NCBI RefSeq assembly: GCF_001186125.1
Contig: NW_014040203.1
Coordinates: 6,496-65,079 of the forward strand
DNA: 58,584 nucleotides
Direction of reading: 5' to 3'
Source: Sphaeroforma arctica JP610
Taxonomy: Eukaryota
The position numbers and the translations under genes are program-made. A model generated the notes under the pieces. The model was not told where the DNA came from. It ran no database searches and worked only from the letters and a program-made list of their open reading frames with translations. Within the stretch, counting starts at the first letter, position 1; every line of letters starts with the position of its first letter. Of this stretch, positions 26,516 to 40,385 are shown one piece after another.

Positions 26516-29500
26516 TCCATGGGCAAAATACACACAGGAATTGAAAGCTGCTCAAAATGAATGCTACAAATAAAAAGCGATTATGAGTTTCTACCCAGCT
26601 CGGCAATCATGTTCTGACCGCTTTTGCCGGGTAAGCATACATTCACAATCCCAGCATTAAGTAGGGTTATAGGGTCTTCAACCCCTATCCCTAAAACCCT
26701 AAGTTATACCAACCTTTTTCATGCGTATTACTGCTGTACTGCGAACAAAAGATACTGGAATTCCAATACAAAGCTTAACCGGTCTCGACTACTGCAAATG
26801 GCTGCACGGTTCAAGAACAGAGTGGCACCGCAAATTGTTACCACAGAAGTTCGGTACTATCTAAGTCGAAACGATTCTATCAGTTGTCATGTGTGGAGGT
26901 TCTAGTTCTTTCCGCCGCCACATATCAAGCACACCCAGTATGCTTGCCGCTTAGGGCGAGATGTAAATACATCCGTTCGTGTTTAACTTTCAAGTACTTA
27001 TCCATACGAGTTGTACACATAAGTGCATATGGAAGTATTTATATATGAACTGACAGCGCATATTCATGGCCAGCGGGAAGGTGTCGCTGGTGTGTCTGTT
27101 TTTCCAACGACACTTTGCCAGAGAGCCATATGTATGGATGGAAGAGTCGTAAAATAGTCAGATTTATTTAAGAGACATAAAATAAAGGTAGTATCAAATA
27201 TATATAGAAATTTTTAGTGACCTGATTGCAGAAAGGTATATTTGAAGCATTGTGTGGGCACGGTGGAAAAGTCAAAGTGTGCCGCACATGCAAAGGATTT
27301 CGATACAGATCAAGCAGGACCAAACTCAAAAATTTAAGGTTTACAAACATTAGTAGAGATATTAAACATACTGTCGGCGGTACTAATATTGTAAATTTAC
27401 AGATTGGTAGCACACTGCCCAATACATGAGGTTAATTCTGCCATGCTCAAAGTCAAAACAAGAGCGCCTTCCATTGAACGTCGAAAGAATTCTTGTCAGC
27501 TCCATATATGACAATAATCAACACTAGGCTTTCAATCTAAGCACATCCCCCAGTCATGCACTGACCACTTGACAGTACTGAAATTACTTCTCGTGTGAAA
27601 TTACTATGACTTGGATGCTTGGTACCCTCCAGAAGAACAAACTGTATATAACTACAAATGAAAATAGGAAGTGGTTCTTGTTCTTCGAGTCGCAGGCCAA
27701 TTGCCTATTGTGATAAAGGTGTAATTCAAGGACGCTAGAGACCGTACCAGAAAGCAAATAGCATTCATCGAGGACAATACGGCTTCAGTATCCAACGATC
27801 TCTCAGATGCATGTGGTAGAAATACACAACTAGCCTCATCCACCTCTGACGTTCTTGACCAGCCTAGGGAATACGCGCCGGTTACGACTTCTTCATATAT
27901 GGACTACCAACATCCTCATGCTCTTGGACACCAGAGTTGCAGCCGCATGCCATTTAACTATAGATGACTTTCGAGATGACTACAACCATGATATTGTGCT
28001 CGGTAGTTTGTTGGATTAATGCAATATTATATTCGGACGTCAAGTATCAGCCGCTGGTTAAAAAGTAAAATAAGCGTTGCAACGTCTGTTCATACAGGAT
28101 CGGTGTTGAATTGAAATTACAGAGATGAAGAAAATGGCTTCTCGGTGAAAAGGTGCAGTTTATCAGCCCCCTTCAAGTAAGATGTGAAATTTTATCGGGT
28201 CAGATTGCAAAAAACTTTTTTTATCACCCGAGCTCGGTAACCTTTTACAAATTAGAAAATAAACATTACGCAAACTCGGTGTCTCCAGGCATTACAATTC
28301 TCGACGAAACAATAAATGTAGTAGGACTTCTGAGGCGGTATACTAAGAATAGTTTCGTATGGTATTAACGGATCTCGACAATGTGAACATATTGTACTCG
28401 GTCCGTATAACGGTAGAGGTTGTGGAATTCGAGGTGCTAGAGTCATACTTGCGTTCAACTACCTTTTCCAAAAAATCACATGGAAGCATCCTCATAATGC
28501 GAAGAAAAACGAATAAACGTATCATTAATCAAAATCTAGCTATCATCCTCATTCTCGGTAGTTAAAACTGAACTTTGCTCATTTTGTTTATGCATTTATG
28601 TGCTGCTCTACCAATCATGATTTCGAACCAACTGGAACATTATGGCCACTTTTGGGCACTACCTGGCTGTAAGATGCCTAATATTAATTTTGACACACAC
28701 AGACAGTCACTCTGTCTTGCTGCCATCTGGTCAATCTATGCCAGCTGAAGCTATGGTGATGTATATACTTATTAAGACAGAGTCGTCTCTAAGTTACGAG
28801 TACCTCAGGTATCAATACATATCGGACCCGAAATCATTAAAAGTATTGCCGTAGGTGAACCACCGTATAGGGGTAGATAAATTTCTTCACTTTGTGGAAT
28901 CTGAACTGCATACTGTCTAATTGATATGCGATATCAAAAATCTTCTTAATCCATGGCGTTCTGTAAAATTAATATTGGCCACCTATAGAGACAGTCTTAT
29001 TTATTTCAAGATTGCAGTAGCATACGGGAACGCCTATACAATAGCTTGTGATCGAACAACCTGTAGCTGCAGACACACCTATATACCCCCCGAAAAAAAA
29101 TCACGTTTTCGTCTCAATACAATCATATTCAATTGATACACGAGATCCGAACCAGAGGCTGTTTATTTTATTAAAAAAAGTCTCTAAAGTCCAACTCGGC
29201 GTCAAATGCAGGCAATTTTTATGACTATCATAACCATGTGATAAAAATATATTTCGATGCCGCGAAGCACATTCAAGGCTGTGTATTCGGTCGCTCAATC
29301 CGATCATGTTTCGCTAATAGACTATGCCGGGCTAATGGTGGAGACAGTGTGCGGTTGTGGTCCCTGTAGGGCCTGTGGGCTGCGAAATTCACAATTTTGT
29401 TTGTATCTTGCGAGTGAATTTCTATACAAATTGTCACAGGTATGCAACTTTTACGAAACCAGTAAGCTACTAATATTATGTGTATCGATGAATACAAACT

Positions 29501-32270
29501 GTCTGCCGGATTCAACTTGAACTTCAGAGTATTTTATGTCAAAACACAGTCGCACAAGTAAATACTTGGGTGTCTATCGATAGGAACAAATATATAGTTA
29601 TATATTGCGTTTAAATTATTTATAATTTCATTTTTACATATCATATAAACAGTTTGTACACACTCTTTTTACAAGGTACGATATATCTGTATATTTTGCA
29701 GTCAGAGGTAGAAGCACAAAGCATTTGACACCTGCTTACCTTAAAATAGTTACCTTTATTATAAATTGAACTATGTTGATACTGGCATCCGAGTCATTAG
29801 TCTGTCGCGTATGTCGGTAAACTTCTCTCGGCTGAGTGGCTTCGTGAAAAAATCACTGAGTAGCTGTTCTGATGGTTTGTATTTTAGCTTGATGGTGTTG
29901 TTCGATGTGAGTTCCCTGATGTGATGATATCGTCAATCGATATGTTTTGTACGGTGGGATTTCGTGATACCATTTCCCATCAGTATTGCTGACTTGTTGT
30001 CCTGTTCTATGGTGGTGGTTTCTACGAGCGAAATGCTGAATTCTGTGAAGAGATTTCTAGCCCATACTGCGTCTTCGGCTGTATCAGATTGTGCTACGTA
30101 TTCTGCCTCTGCTGTAGACGTTAGTACTAGTCGTTGCAAGTTTGTACCCCACATAAATGGTGCACCTGCTATATTGCCCACTCGCCCGGTGGTGGATCGT
30201 CTTGTTGTGTCATCGCTAGCAAAGCTACTGTCTGCACTCTGATAGGGAATACATGGTTATTTGTTCGTGTATTCAAGTCCGAAGTCCTGAGTACCAGCGA
30301 GATACTTCAAACAGCGCTTGGCACTTCTGAAATGGTGGTACTGAGGTGCTATCAGATAGCGACTTAGGGTCGAAACTGCAAAGCATATATCCACTCGTGT
30401 TTGATCTACAAAGTATCGTAGCTGACCCACTAGCTTGTTGTATTGTGTGATTGTTGGGACGTCTGAACTTGCTGCCTTTTCCGGGAGACATGCATGTTTG
30501 TCTGTTACTTCATAGTCCGATTCTAGAATTGGCATCCATGCTGGTTTACAATCTATCAACCCCCATTCCTGCAATATTTCTCTTAGGTATTGTCGTTGAT
30601 GGAGACGTACTCTTCCAGGATGTATTTTAACTTGACACTTGAGAAACCATAACGGTAAGCCCATATCAACAGTGTCCCATTCGCATTTCATTGCGTCAGC
30701 TAATTTCTGTCCGTCGGTCTTACTCTGGCATGCTGCAATTTTGTCATCTACGTGTACAATAATGAAACAAGGTCCACTGTGTGTTTGTTTGATGAACAGT
30801 GCTCCATCCGATTGTGCTTGTTTATAACTGTGTTGTATAGCAAACCGATGGATAGCTTTAAACCAGTAGTGTCCGCTAGGTGGTAGACCGTATACGCAAC
30901 GGTCAACTCGACATACAACCTTTGTGTCTCCTTGCTTGTGCCTTTCGTATAGTTTTCTCTGAGACGGGTCCAATAGATGTTCGATGAGATCGTATCCTTG
31001 CGGCACTCGCATGTAGCTAGGGGTATACAATTCTTGAGTGAGGTAGGCCGAGGGTGTATCGTATTGTCGAATGTCCATGTCATAGTGTGCCATTAGAGTT
31101 AGACAGATCCTGAGTGTTTCCTTGGCTACTGCTGGGGCATAGCTTTATCGTATTCGACTCTCTGTTTTGCATTGAATGCTGCTACCTTCCGACGTGATTT
31201 GAGTCATGTGACTTGTCCTGATTCATCCGTTTTTACCTTGAAGACCCATCGAGGGGAAAATATCGATTTCTCTCGTTGTTTGTTGTCAGCCAGAGTGAAT
31301 GCCATGCGCTGTACCACCAAGCTCTCCATCTCCGAACGTGCTGATTCCTCCCAATCGGCTGCGTTTGGCATCTCATATATACCTTTGTATGTTTTTGGTT
31401 CCATTGCTGCAGTTGCTGAATTGACAGTGTGCGTAGTGCAAGGAGTTCATCTCTTACGGCGGCTATCGTGATACCAGTCGACATTATTATCATCTATCGT
31501 AAGGTCCCGCAGTTCTTGAGAGACTTGGCGACCTTCTGCCGTTCTTCTAGTTATGTTTGCTTCGAGATCATGTTGTGTTTTGGTAGTCGCAGCAGAAGCC
31601 TCCGACTCGACGGTATGTACTTCACTCTCAGCAGGTTGTTGTGTTGACGATGAAGTTATTTGTAGTTGTTCTGAGTTGCTCGACTTGTGCGTCACAGTGG
31701 GCTGGGTTTGTTGGCTAAGCATATCTTCCGTTGTCGATGTTGTCCTTGCGTCTGTTTGGAAATCGACATTCTCGATTTGGAAGAATGTACTACTGTTCGT
31801 AGTGTCAGGTGGTGCGATAGCGGTTGTACATTTGTTGTCTTCCCAGACAAAGAATTCATCTTCGAATATATAGACGTCTCGGCTTTGTATTATACGCTTT
31901 GTCAGCGGTGAGTATATACCATACGAGCCCGGTATTGTGTCCAAGGGTTGCGCAAGAAGAATGCCATCCAGTGCTTTGTCGTCGAGTTTGCCGTCTGGAT
32001 CACGGTTCTTGTATGCGATATGACACCCGAATATTCTGAACATATCTATCGGAAATGCGTATCCTGTAAACTTCTCGTTTGGGGATGAGCTCTTCTTGTT
32101 GGTGAGTATAGCATTGTATATGTTGGTAGTGTGAATCAGTGATTCAGCCCACATAGTAGTCGGTAGACGTGCATATTTCAGTTGTGCAAGCATTCTAGGG
32201 ACCAGTGTACCATGGAGTCTCTCCACCTTGCCATGGTATTGTGGCGTGGCCGTAGGTGCGTACCTCGAGC

Positions 32271-33120
32271 TGTAATAAGCCGGGCCTCCACATTAGACTC
32301 TATGTTATAAACGTACTCTTAAGAAGTACGTAAATTATAAACGTACTCTTAATAGTACGAGGAACTTAAGTTTCCTAAATGTACTCTTGATAGTACGAGG
32401 AACTTAAGTTTCCTAAATGTACTCTTAATAGCACGAGCAACTTAAGTTTCCTAAAATGATTTTTTTAATTGTTTTATTAATTAATACCGTTTCCATTTTG
32501 CATATCAGATATTTGGACGAGGCCATTAAAAGGCCTCAGTAAAATACCAAACATAAAGAGTTTGTCTAGTTCTATTAATAGAACTTTATTTACTTTCCAA
32601 CTTTATTTATATCTGAACACTTTGGTAGCGAGATGGCTCAACCGAATATAGGTTTCTAGAGACTATTAACGTTACCTAGTTGATCCTCCGATCAGCCAAC
32701 AAGATGTGCCAGTCTGATGAAGGCTAAGTCGGAAATTCTTGGTTGTGGCAAGTTATTGGTTAAGACAATAACTAAAGACATCAAGAGTATTTTTATTTTA
32801 TATTTGTTTATTTATTCTAAAGATATGATTTTATGAGTCTCTCGGATTCGCCCCCGTGAAACATACCATAGTTTCTAATAGAGCGACAACGAAACACTAA
32901 ATAAAATCCCTTCGGCGGAAACAGTACTGAGAGGATTATATATAGGCAATGTCTCAGCCTCACAATCCCTCAGAGTATTGCTGTTTTCACGAGGCATACA
33001 TAACTTTACTAAAAGTCTCATTTCGTTTATTTGCTTTGATATTTTCACGATACTTAGAATTTACCTACGCGTTTATTTATTCTAAGGCGTTAATATCGCC
33101 TTGGGAGACCGAATCTTACA
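32271..33120 (+). mobile_element. Solo LTR (850 bp, TGTAA...TTACA) with 4-bp TSD GAGC, inserted in the Copia A integrase
   Basis: gagc|TGTAATAAGC...GAATCTTACA|gagc. Removal restores LAYLGYCSRYAPTATPQYHGKVERLHG in one frame. Strand is not determinable from the LTR alone. Confidence 0.92.
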
Positions 33121-35102
33121 GAGCAGTATCCCAAATACGCAAGCATGCGCCTCGTTACGTTTGTTGTAAACTGTGAGCCTCGATCCATTTGTATGCACTG
33201 AACTCGGCGATGACTTAAGATGTACCATTCATCGAAGGTGTGTAACATAGCATCCAAAAAATTTGTCGCTTTCAGATCGCGGATCGTATACTCTTTGGCC
33301 ATGCTAGAAAAAACGTCTATGATTGATACAGAGTGGGCGTTGGATCCTATTGACGTTACGAACGGTCCTATTATGTCCACGAAGACTTACTCGAGAGGCT
33401 CTGTAGTAGGTTCGCGCTGTCGTTCCTTGTTTGTATTATTCTTCTTCTTCTTAGCAATAGTGCATGCTTTGCATCGTTCCTCTGGTTGCCTTATGTATGG
33501 TAAATCTTTTGGGACGTAGCTGGGGTGCGCGAGCCTGTTGTGCCATGAAATCTGGTTGGCTTTCTCCAGCGATGGTTCCACTGTAGTTATAGCTATGTCG
33601 TCGATGTGTACACAGTATATTCTGTGCTTTTCATGTACAGTTATGGTTCCGAAGCTTGGTAGTAATATGTACATCATGTTGTTGGTGAATTCAAATGAAT
33701 ATTGTCGCGCTGAGAGTAGGCTGATACTTAGTAGTGCAGTTTTAACTGTCTTATCAATGAGTACGTCCCCTAAGTTTCCTAGCTGAGCTACATACTTCGG
33801 ATAAACGATTGTACCATACCCTGGTCATTAATACGCATGTTGCTGACGAGGTGATGTTTGTGGTACTTATAGGGAAGTACGTGTATGGTGGTACAACTAT
33901 CGCAAGCTAGTCAGTATCCACCTCTGGAATCTCTGTCTGACTGATCATTCACCTCCTTGTTGTCGATTGTAGGGTTAATTGTGGAGAATACAATCTGTCT
34001 GTTTGCAGGTAGCTGGTCATCAGATACTTGTGCTGACATAGCTTTGTCTTGTCTACCTTCCTGAGCTTGGCGTCGATTGCTCTGGGATCTGTATGTTCTG
34101 TCAATGTCTTGTGCACGTTGGGTATCTCGTGAATATCTACCATCGTTGTAGTCGCGTTGATTGTACCTGTCTACTCGGTAGTCCTGTCGGTCCTGTTCAT
34201 CGTGATTATCGTAGCGGTATTGGTAGCTGTTGTTTCTGTTGTACTGTTCCACATGAGTACGGTTGTCACGATTCGAATCAGATCGGCGATGTTTGTCATT
34301 GTTCTTGGACTTAAATCTGTAGTCTCTCATGTCATGACGAGGACCAGATTGGTCACGACCCTGATTATGTGGGTTACCAGCAACATATGATTTAATTAGC
34401 GCTTGTAGCGTACGACATTGCCCGATGGAATGTCCACGATTGTTGCAGAGTGCACAATTTCCTGTCGGTATAACTGCATGCGCACCGTGCACAACGGTTG
34501 ATGGGTCACTTTCATCTGGATCCAATGTGATGAGATACGTGGTGAGCTCATCATACGACATGCCATCATAGCGGGTGTCTTCAACGTAATCTTGACAGTC
34601 TGATTATCGTCGTTTACAGCCTGCCGTAGAATAGCACATAGGCTGTTGTTAGACTTCGTACCTCCGGCGTTCTTGAATTTCACAAATGCCGTGTTGAGAC
34701 GACTGATAAGGCTGGCGTAAGATTCGTTCCGTTCTTGCGTGATACGGTTCAGTTTTCCTTCTAATGTCCGGATATCATCTTCGGTCAGGGCCTCAAACTT
34801 GCGTTTCAGTGCGGCAAAAGCTTCCCACGGCTTATCAATGAGTTGGCTGATCTCCGTCTGCAGTAACGGAGATAAGATGCGGTTGATAATCCGATAAGCC
34901 TCAGCGATTTCCTTGGGTGTCCATCGGTTCCCTCTAGACGGGGTCGGATCGGTCAATATTGTTGGGATTCCTTCACAATTCACGGATATAATTGTCTGGG
35001 GTTTCCAAGGAAGCCAGTCGACCTTCGATTCGAGAATAGAGGTGGTCTTAATTTCTTTAGAGTTCACAGTAGGCATATTGATATCGCGAGATCAGAGTGA
35101 CC

Positions 35103-35588
35103 TAGAGTGCAATGTAGTAGACTTTAAAAAAATTGCAAATGTATATATTTATTTCCGACTTCATCACCTTTGGTTTTATACCTAAGGTGTTTGAGCTGGT
35201 GTTCAGCCGCTTGGGCTGGCCAGGGTAAAAACTCATATGGTCAGTATGAGAAACCTTATGCGGAACACTTTAACACTTCAATGCTTTTATATTTCAACTT
35301 ATCTGCAGCTAAATCTCACGCTGATCGCATGACGTCTTTCCGCATAGGTTGTGACTCACATAGAACCGCAGTTATTATTAGAATGTTGCGGTTGACAGGC
35401 TTAATTCACACTCGGGAATCGGTTGAGAAACTTAATCTGATCTCGGAAGTCGGTTAAGTAATAACTCAACTCTTGAGAGTAATTTGAGCAACTTGATTAG
35501 CTCTCGGGAGTAAGCTAACTCTGATGACTTCTATATATCAAAGATGGTTTCTTGCTGTAAAATCTGGCCTGAGAACTGTAGTCTCTCA
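35103..35588 (-). repeat. 5' LTR of Copia A (TGAGAGACTACAG...GCACTCTA)
   Basis: High identity by eye to solo LTR 54120-54605 (reverse complement). It lies about 27 bp upstream of gag ATG 35076; the terminal ACA is missing. Confidence 0.85.
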
Positions 35589-36538
35589 CTAGCCGAGTAT
35601 CGTGGCAAGGTGGAGAAAAAGGATGAGGCTTGGAATCGAAAGCTGTGTTCACAATAATCATGTCTCCTATTTTTTTTATTTTGGTATAGAATGAAAAGGA
35701 GACGAGTTTACGTGTTTATCAGAATATATTCAGTACGCCAGATGAAGCTGTGGTGTACATGAGCATGACGATCACGCTCATTATACGACTGGAAGCTATA
35801 CTTTTATATTTAATTTCATGGCGGAACGAGAGAAGAATGCACTACGAGCAATAGATCGAATCGAAGAGCTCCTCGATATTTCCACATTATCTCCGCGAGA
35901 TACTGTTGACGGAATCAACGTCATAAATGCTGTTGATATGAGTCTCTTTAAAGATTTGTGTGTTAGCAACCAATTACATCAAACGGTGATTCGCGACGCC
36001 CGCGTACAACGATTGCAGGCTTAAGATCGCTAAGGCGCGCGCACCCCGATCACGATTACCGAAAAAAGTCCTAAACCGTGCGCAAAAACGCACCTGTGTA
36101 GTTCTTTCAGACTTTAATAAAAAAACAAGAAGTAAGGCATTTTCATGTTTGGATAAAAAAATAATAATAAAAGTGCCGAATTCTAAGTTTTCACCGGCTC
36201 TAAGTTTTTGTTCGCAATCGCGCAATTGTCGCGCGAGTTGCACGCACTATATCAAGGCGTTTCTGGTGAGATCGCTTGTCGTACACCAATCCATATGATT
36301 TTTGGCACCGGCCGATCCGACCGATCTCCTTTATAAGTATTTTTCGGACATTTCCCTCGAGCCGTTTCCCGTCGTCGATATTCCGAGTTAAGTGTAAATA
36401 CGTTCAGCCATGTAATAGAGCTGAAACCTGCGCGAGTATTAGTGTCCTTCACTGACTTTCTCGATTCTTGGATTTCATACGTGCAAGTAAAAGTGGACGA
36501 TAAACAACATGGAATAAAGTTGGCCATGGTTATGAGAT

Positions 36539-36984
36539 GGTGCTTTCTCGCTTAGATTAAATTATGTATTTTTTGCTGTCAAATGTATAATTGTTTGATG
36601 GGCACCGCACAGGCACAATTCGTTGAAGGATGCAGGAAGATGTAGCACAATAAAATATCAGATCTGAAATAGAACTCGATTGGTGTGTATGGGAGAAGTC
36701 AATCAATTGATATCTAAGTCGGGCAGGTATAGTAGGCATACATACCGACACCATGTTGAAAGGTGCTTTCTCGCTTAGATTAAATTATGTATTTTTTGCT
36801 GTCAAATGTATAATTGTTTGATGGGCACCGCACAGGCACAATTCATTGAAGGATGCAGGAAGATGTAGCACAATAAAATATCAGATCTGAAATAGAACTC
36901 GATTGGTGTGTATGGGAGAAGTCAATCAATTGATATCTAAGTCGGGCAGGTATAGTAGGCATACATACCGACACCATGTTGAAA
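36539..36984. repeat. Near-perfect 223-bp tandem duplication
   Basis: ggtgctttctcgcttagatt...ccgacaccatgttgaaa occurs twice, with one visible substitution (cgttg/cattg). Confidence 0.92.
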
Positions 36985-38851
36985 GATTACTGTCAGTGGG
37001 TGAGAGAAATAAGTGGCTTCAGGGTGGAATCCAAGAAAGGAAAATCCAATCACGGGCATGTTAGAGGTAATAATAGTGTTTCCAACGGTTCCATACATCT
37101 GAATTTGGCGTTCATGTTCATGTACATCAAGAAAGTACGCCATATGATATACAAAATTGATTAAAACCAGAGAACTAACAATATAAACTGTGCGTAATAT
37201 ATGCCGTGACAGCACTGTGTACATATCGTATGAAAGAGGTTCCAGCCAGATATCAATCTCTCTTCCCGACACCCAAAAATTATGCATCGGAGGAGTTTGC
37301 CAAAAGGATGCAGAAATTGAAAGCTCTTGAAGACAATTGAGTCACTTTTTGTTTGCAAACTCTGTGTGATGAAAGTACATTAAATCCATAAATGTACCTT
37401 TATTTCAAGTTGATTCAGAGTTAATCATATACATTACTTGATACCGATTACAATCAGGAACCATTGCAAGGGTTATGGTCAGAGTAATCTATATCTACAG
37501 CCCATTGACTCCGTAAATGAGCTGGAGAAGTTGACGAAATACTTTTTTGAATGGAGCGAAACCAGTAGTTTGGCCTTTAGAAAGATGCTCAAGACACACT
37601 TGACGTATCTCCACGAATATATTCATTATATATTCCATACCGCTCCAAATCGATTATAAAACTGATTGTTGAGGAGCGATTGTTCAATTATCTGTGAAGA
37701 TAGAAGAAATATTCTCCGCGGGAAATAATAAAACATCCATCTAGTCCGTAGGCATATTCCACAATGATCGAATTTTGGGGTCATTGTTCATCCGCCGCCG
37801 AATTCCATCGCAAACTGCGTTTTGCAACACGTCCAACTTCAGCCAAGGTCGTATGTAGTGCATCGGGTACATTATCGACGCTCGCATTATGTGTAGTGAT
37901 TGATTTTGTATCCCGGCTGTCGCAATCATATTGGGTGCCCTTTTCCATGTCCTTCACATTCAAGGGCATGTCATGTCGAGAGCGATGCTCAATATCCATA
38001 ATTTCGCTACTACGTTGAATATTGATCGTGCAAATAGCAAGCCTTTTTACTTCACCTTTGCGCATGCACTTGAGATAATCAGGATTATCTCGACGACGAA
38101 CCACAGACGACACAGTCGGCTTCGCTTCAATGCTTTGGTTTCTGTTTTTTTTTGTCCAGATCACCGGTTTTGAGCTACTTCTGTATTGGTAGAAAATCAT
38201 CTACTAACGAAACTCTTGTTTATCTTTGTTCTTTTTGTCGTGTGGAATGTGAAGACAGTGCGTATTTACCATAGCTTCAAAAGTAGTTTTACAACAAAGC
38301 ATAGCTTTGAAATACAAACATGATTGAGAGCACTGGGAAGTTAATTTACACTTATAATCCACGCCCTCTAAGGTCATACTATGTAGATTTTGAAAGAGGG
38401 CTGTGTTTGACATTCGAGAAGCTGAAATCAAAGACCGCTTTGTAATCTAGAAGTATAACAAATAGCTGTATCAAAAATCTTAAATGTACAGTTTATGAAT
38501 TGGTGCCATTTGTTTTACGAGTTTTTAAATAGCTCGAGTGGAAATCGAGAATATTTTATAAATTCACGAGCAGTACAGTACTTCGACGAGTAGTAAAGAT
38601 AAACGAGATTTTGAAACATGTTTCCTCGTGAATGCGAGTGAAATGATAAAATTTTAAAAATACATCAGCTTTTTAATCGAGCGCTAATTTCCCCCCAAAA
38701 GAAAACAAAAACAAAAAAACCAGAGTATGAATAATTTGCAAAAATTGTAGAGCACAAAACTTTCCAAGCTTTCTACTCCAGTTTATAGGATATTAGTTTT
38801 TTATTAATAATTTAGGAAATATTAGGTAAAGTTCAGTTCTAATTAAAGAAT

Positions 38852-39057
38852 ACTAGATAGGTTTCTATAGGTTAGGGAAATAATTTGAACCCTCCTACCT
38901 TTTAGTCACTATGATTTTAAACTCACATATCGCTAGCATCCCCCCCCCCTACTACTTGGTCCATTCTCGCTGAAGATGGATACAATTTCGATGACTGGCA
39001 AGCGGATCTCGACATGGCCGCAGCACAGGTCTACTCTAAGGACCTTAATCCTACCTT
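38852..39057 (+). mobile_element. 5' fragment (leader plus gag start) of the Copia family at 50750-51976
   Basis: Shares tttctataggtta..., cctaccttttagtca, a poly-C run and ccgcagcacaggtctactctaaggaccttaatccta with 50750-50877. It translates as ILAEDGYNFDDWQADLDMAAAQ, like a gag N-terminal L..DG.NF..W motif. Confidence 0.7.
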
Positions 39058-39825
39058 ACTGTTGGACTGTCAATTATAAGAGCTTAGAAGCAGTACTCTA
39101 TTGTGGTGCCTGCTCAAGGCATTTATACTAAGAATTATTGCTGTCATGATTAATTCATAAACAGGGGAAAAACCCCCCTATTAAAGAAAACCCCATTTAT
39201 ATTTTATGTTGTATTTTATGTTGTCTAATACAAGCTCCGTATGGTTTTACTACGCTTATATTGGACCTTCATTGGTGACCCGGTAATACCCCCCCCCAAT
39301 TTATCAAAGTTGTATCCGCTTCAAGGTTGTCCAAGTTCTTGGAATCTCAAATCTGTGATATGGAATATCTGAGATATAACTTGGAAAATTGTACAATGTT
39401 TAAGTTTGATGAAAGTAAATAAACTTAATCCGACAATTTAGGATACACTTGTTGTTCAAAAGATTGGAGTTTGAAATTTCAAATTTGCAAGTGTGACACT
39501 GACACTGTGAGAGCCACAGACTCACAGTCATATTAGTTGATGGAGTGTTAAAACGTAAACACGTTTTCAAATTGAAGCGTATACGTATAACATACCATGT
39601 TGTCAGCAAAAATTTGGTATGGGTTGTTTTTAGGGTTTAGGAACCAATCACTTTACGCTAAAAGGTTACAAAATTGAACTTGAAATACTGATTCAGACTA
39701 GATGGAAGGTATACTATCCATTGATATTTATACCTGGGCATTTTAAATGCTAGGCAATTTTTTGCTGAAGTGAGGTGCGTTCGGCACTGAGGGATGAAGC
39801 CTGATCTGATTCTGTACATGAAAGT

Positions 39826-40192
39826 TGTAGTCAAATACGCAAGTTAACAATATCTCATCGTACTTCCCTCTTATAAGGGGAGACGTTGTATCTTTATTGA
39901 ATTATAAAATGAACCATAGGTTCTAATATTTGACATGTGTATAAAATTGGGGAAGCACGGTACGTGTGCCAGTGAAGATCTACTCGCTATACATAGGACG
40001 CTGGTTTAACCTCCACGAACAAGAGGGATCCGCTGGCATTTACCCTCAGAGAGCTAGAGCATCGGCTGTCATTCTACCTCAGAGAGCTAGAGGGCCCGGT
40101 TCGTAACAACCACGCGAGCAAGGTCGATAACTTGAAATATCGAAAATTAAAGAAAAAAACAATAAAAATGCTGCACAACCATACTTGTTACA
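39826..40192 (-). repeat. Gypsy 3' LTR (367 bp, TGTA...TACA) preceded by a purine-rich tract GGGAAGCAG
   Basis: The minus strand reads GCGGGAAGCAG|TGTAACAAG...TTTGACTACA and contains AATAAA; its last ~120 bp match 47848-47969. Confidence 0.85.
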
Positions 40193-40229
40193 CTGCTTCC
40201 CGCCGGCGCTTGCGAGAGCGTGTTTGTGT

Positions 40230-40385
40230 ATCCTTATGGTATGCCACGATGTCATTAGCATCGTCAAACGCCTCGGCCGTTTCTCAGGTAGGATCCCCTT
40301 CACGCCAGCGCACTAGGTACTCCGTCTGACCCGTGTCATTATTCATGCGATGTTGAATGATGTGTCGGAACGCAGACTCGTCCTC
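40230..40385 (-). other. Chromodomain at the Gypsy integrase C-terminus
   Basis: ESAFRHIIQHRMNNDTGQTEYLVRWREGDPT*ETAEAFDDANDIVAY; the stop sits where the conserved W of TWE is expected. Confidence 0.8.

Larger units (their letters stand above)
29771..35588 (-). mobile_element. Ty1/Copia retrotransposon A (decayed; 5' LTR present, 3' LTR not seen; no methyltransferase domain)
   Basis: Domain order: gag 35076-34396, Zn knuckle CALCNNRGHSIGQC, protease LACDSCTTIHV, compact HHCC WHNRLAH...CKAC, integrase DIIGP/MDRGSQF/GKVER, RT (YGLPPSG, HVDD), RNase H (STAEAEY, HID, DFFTKPL). Multiple stops and frameshifts. Confidence 0.93.

Noticed and set aside
29190..29260. YDYHNHV as an Erv1/ALR viral thiol oxidase motif
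   Set aside because: Too short, with no properly spaced in-frame CxxC; unsupported without a search.
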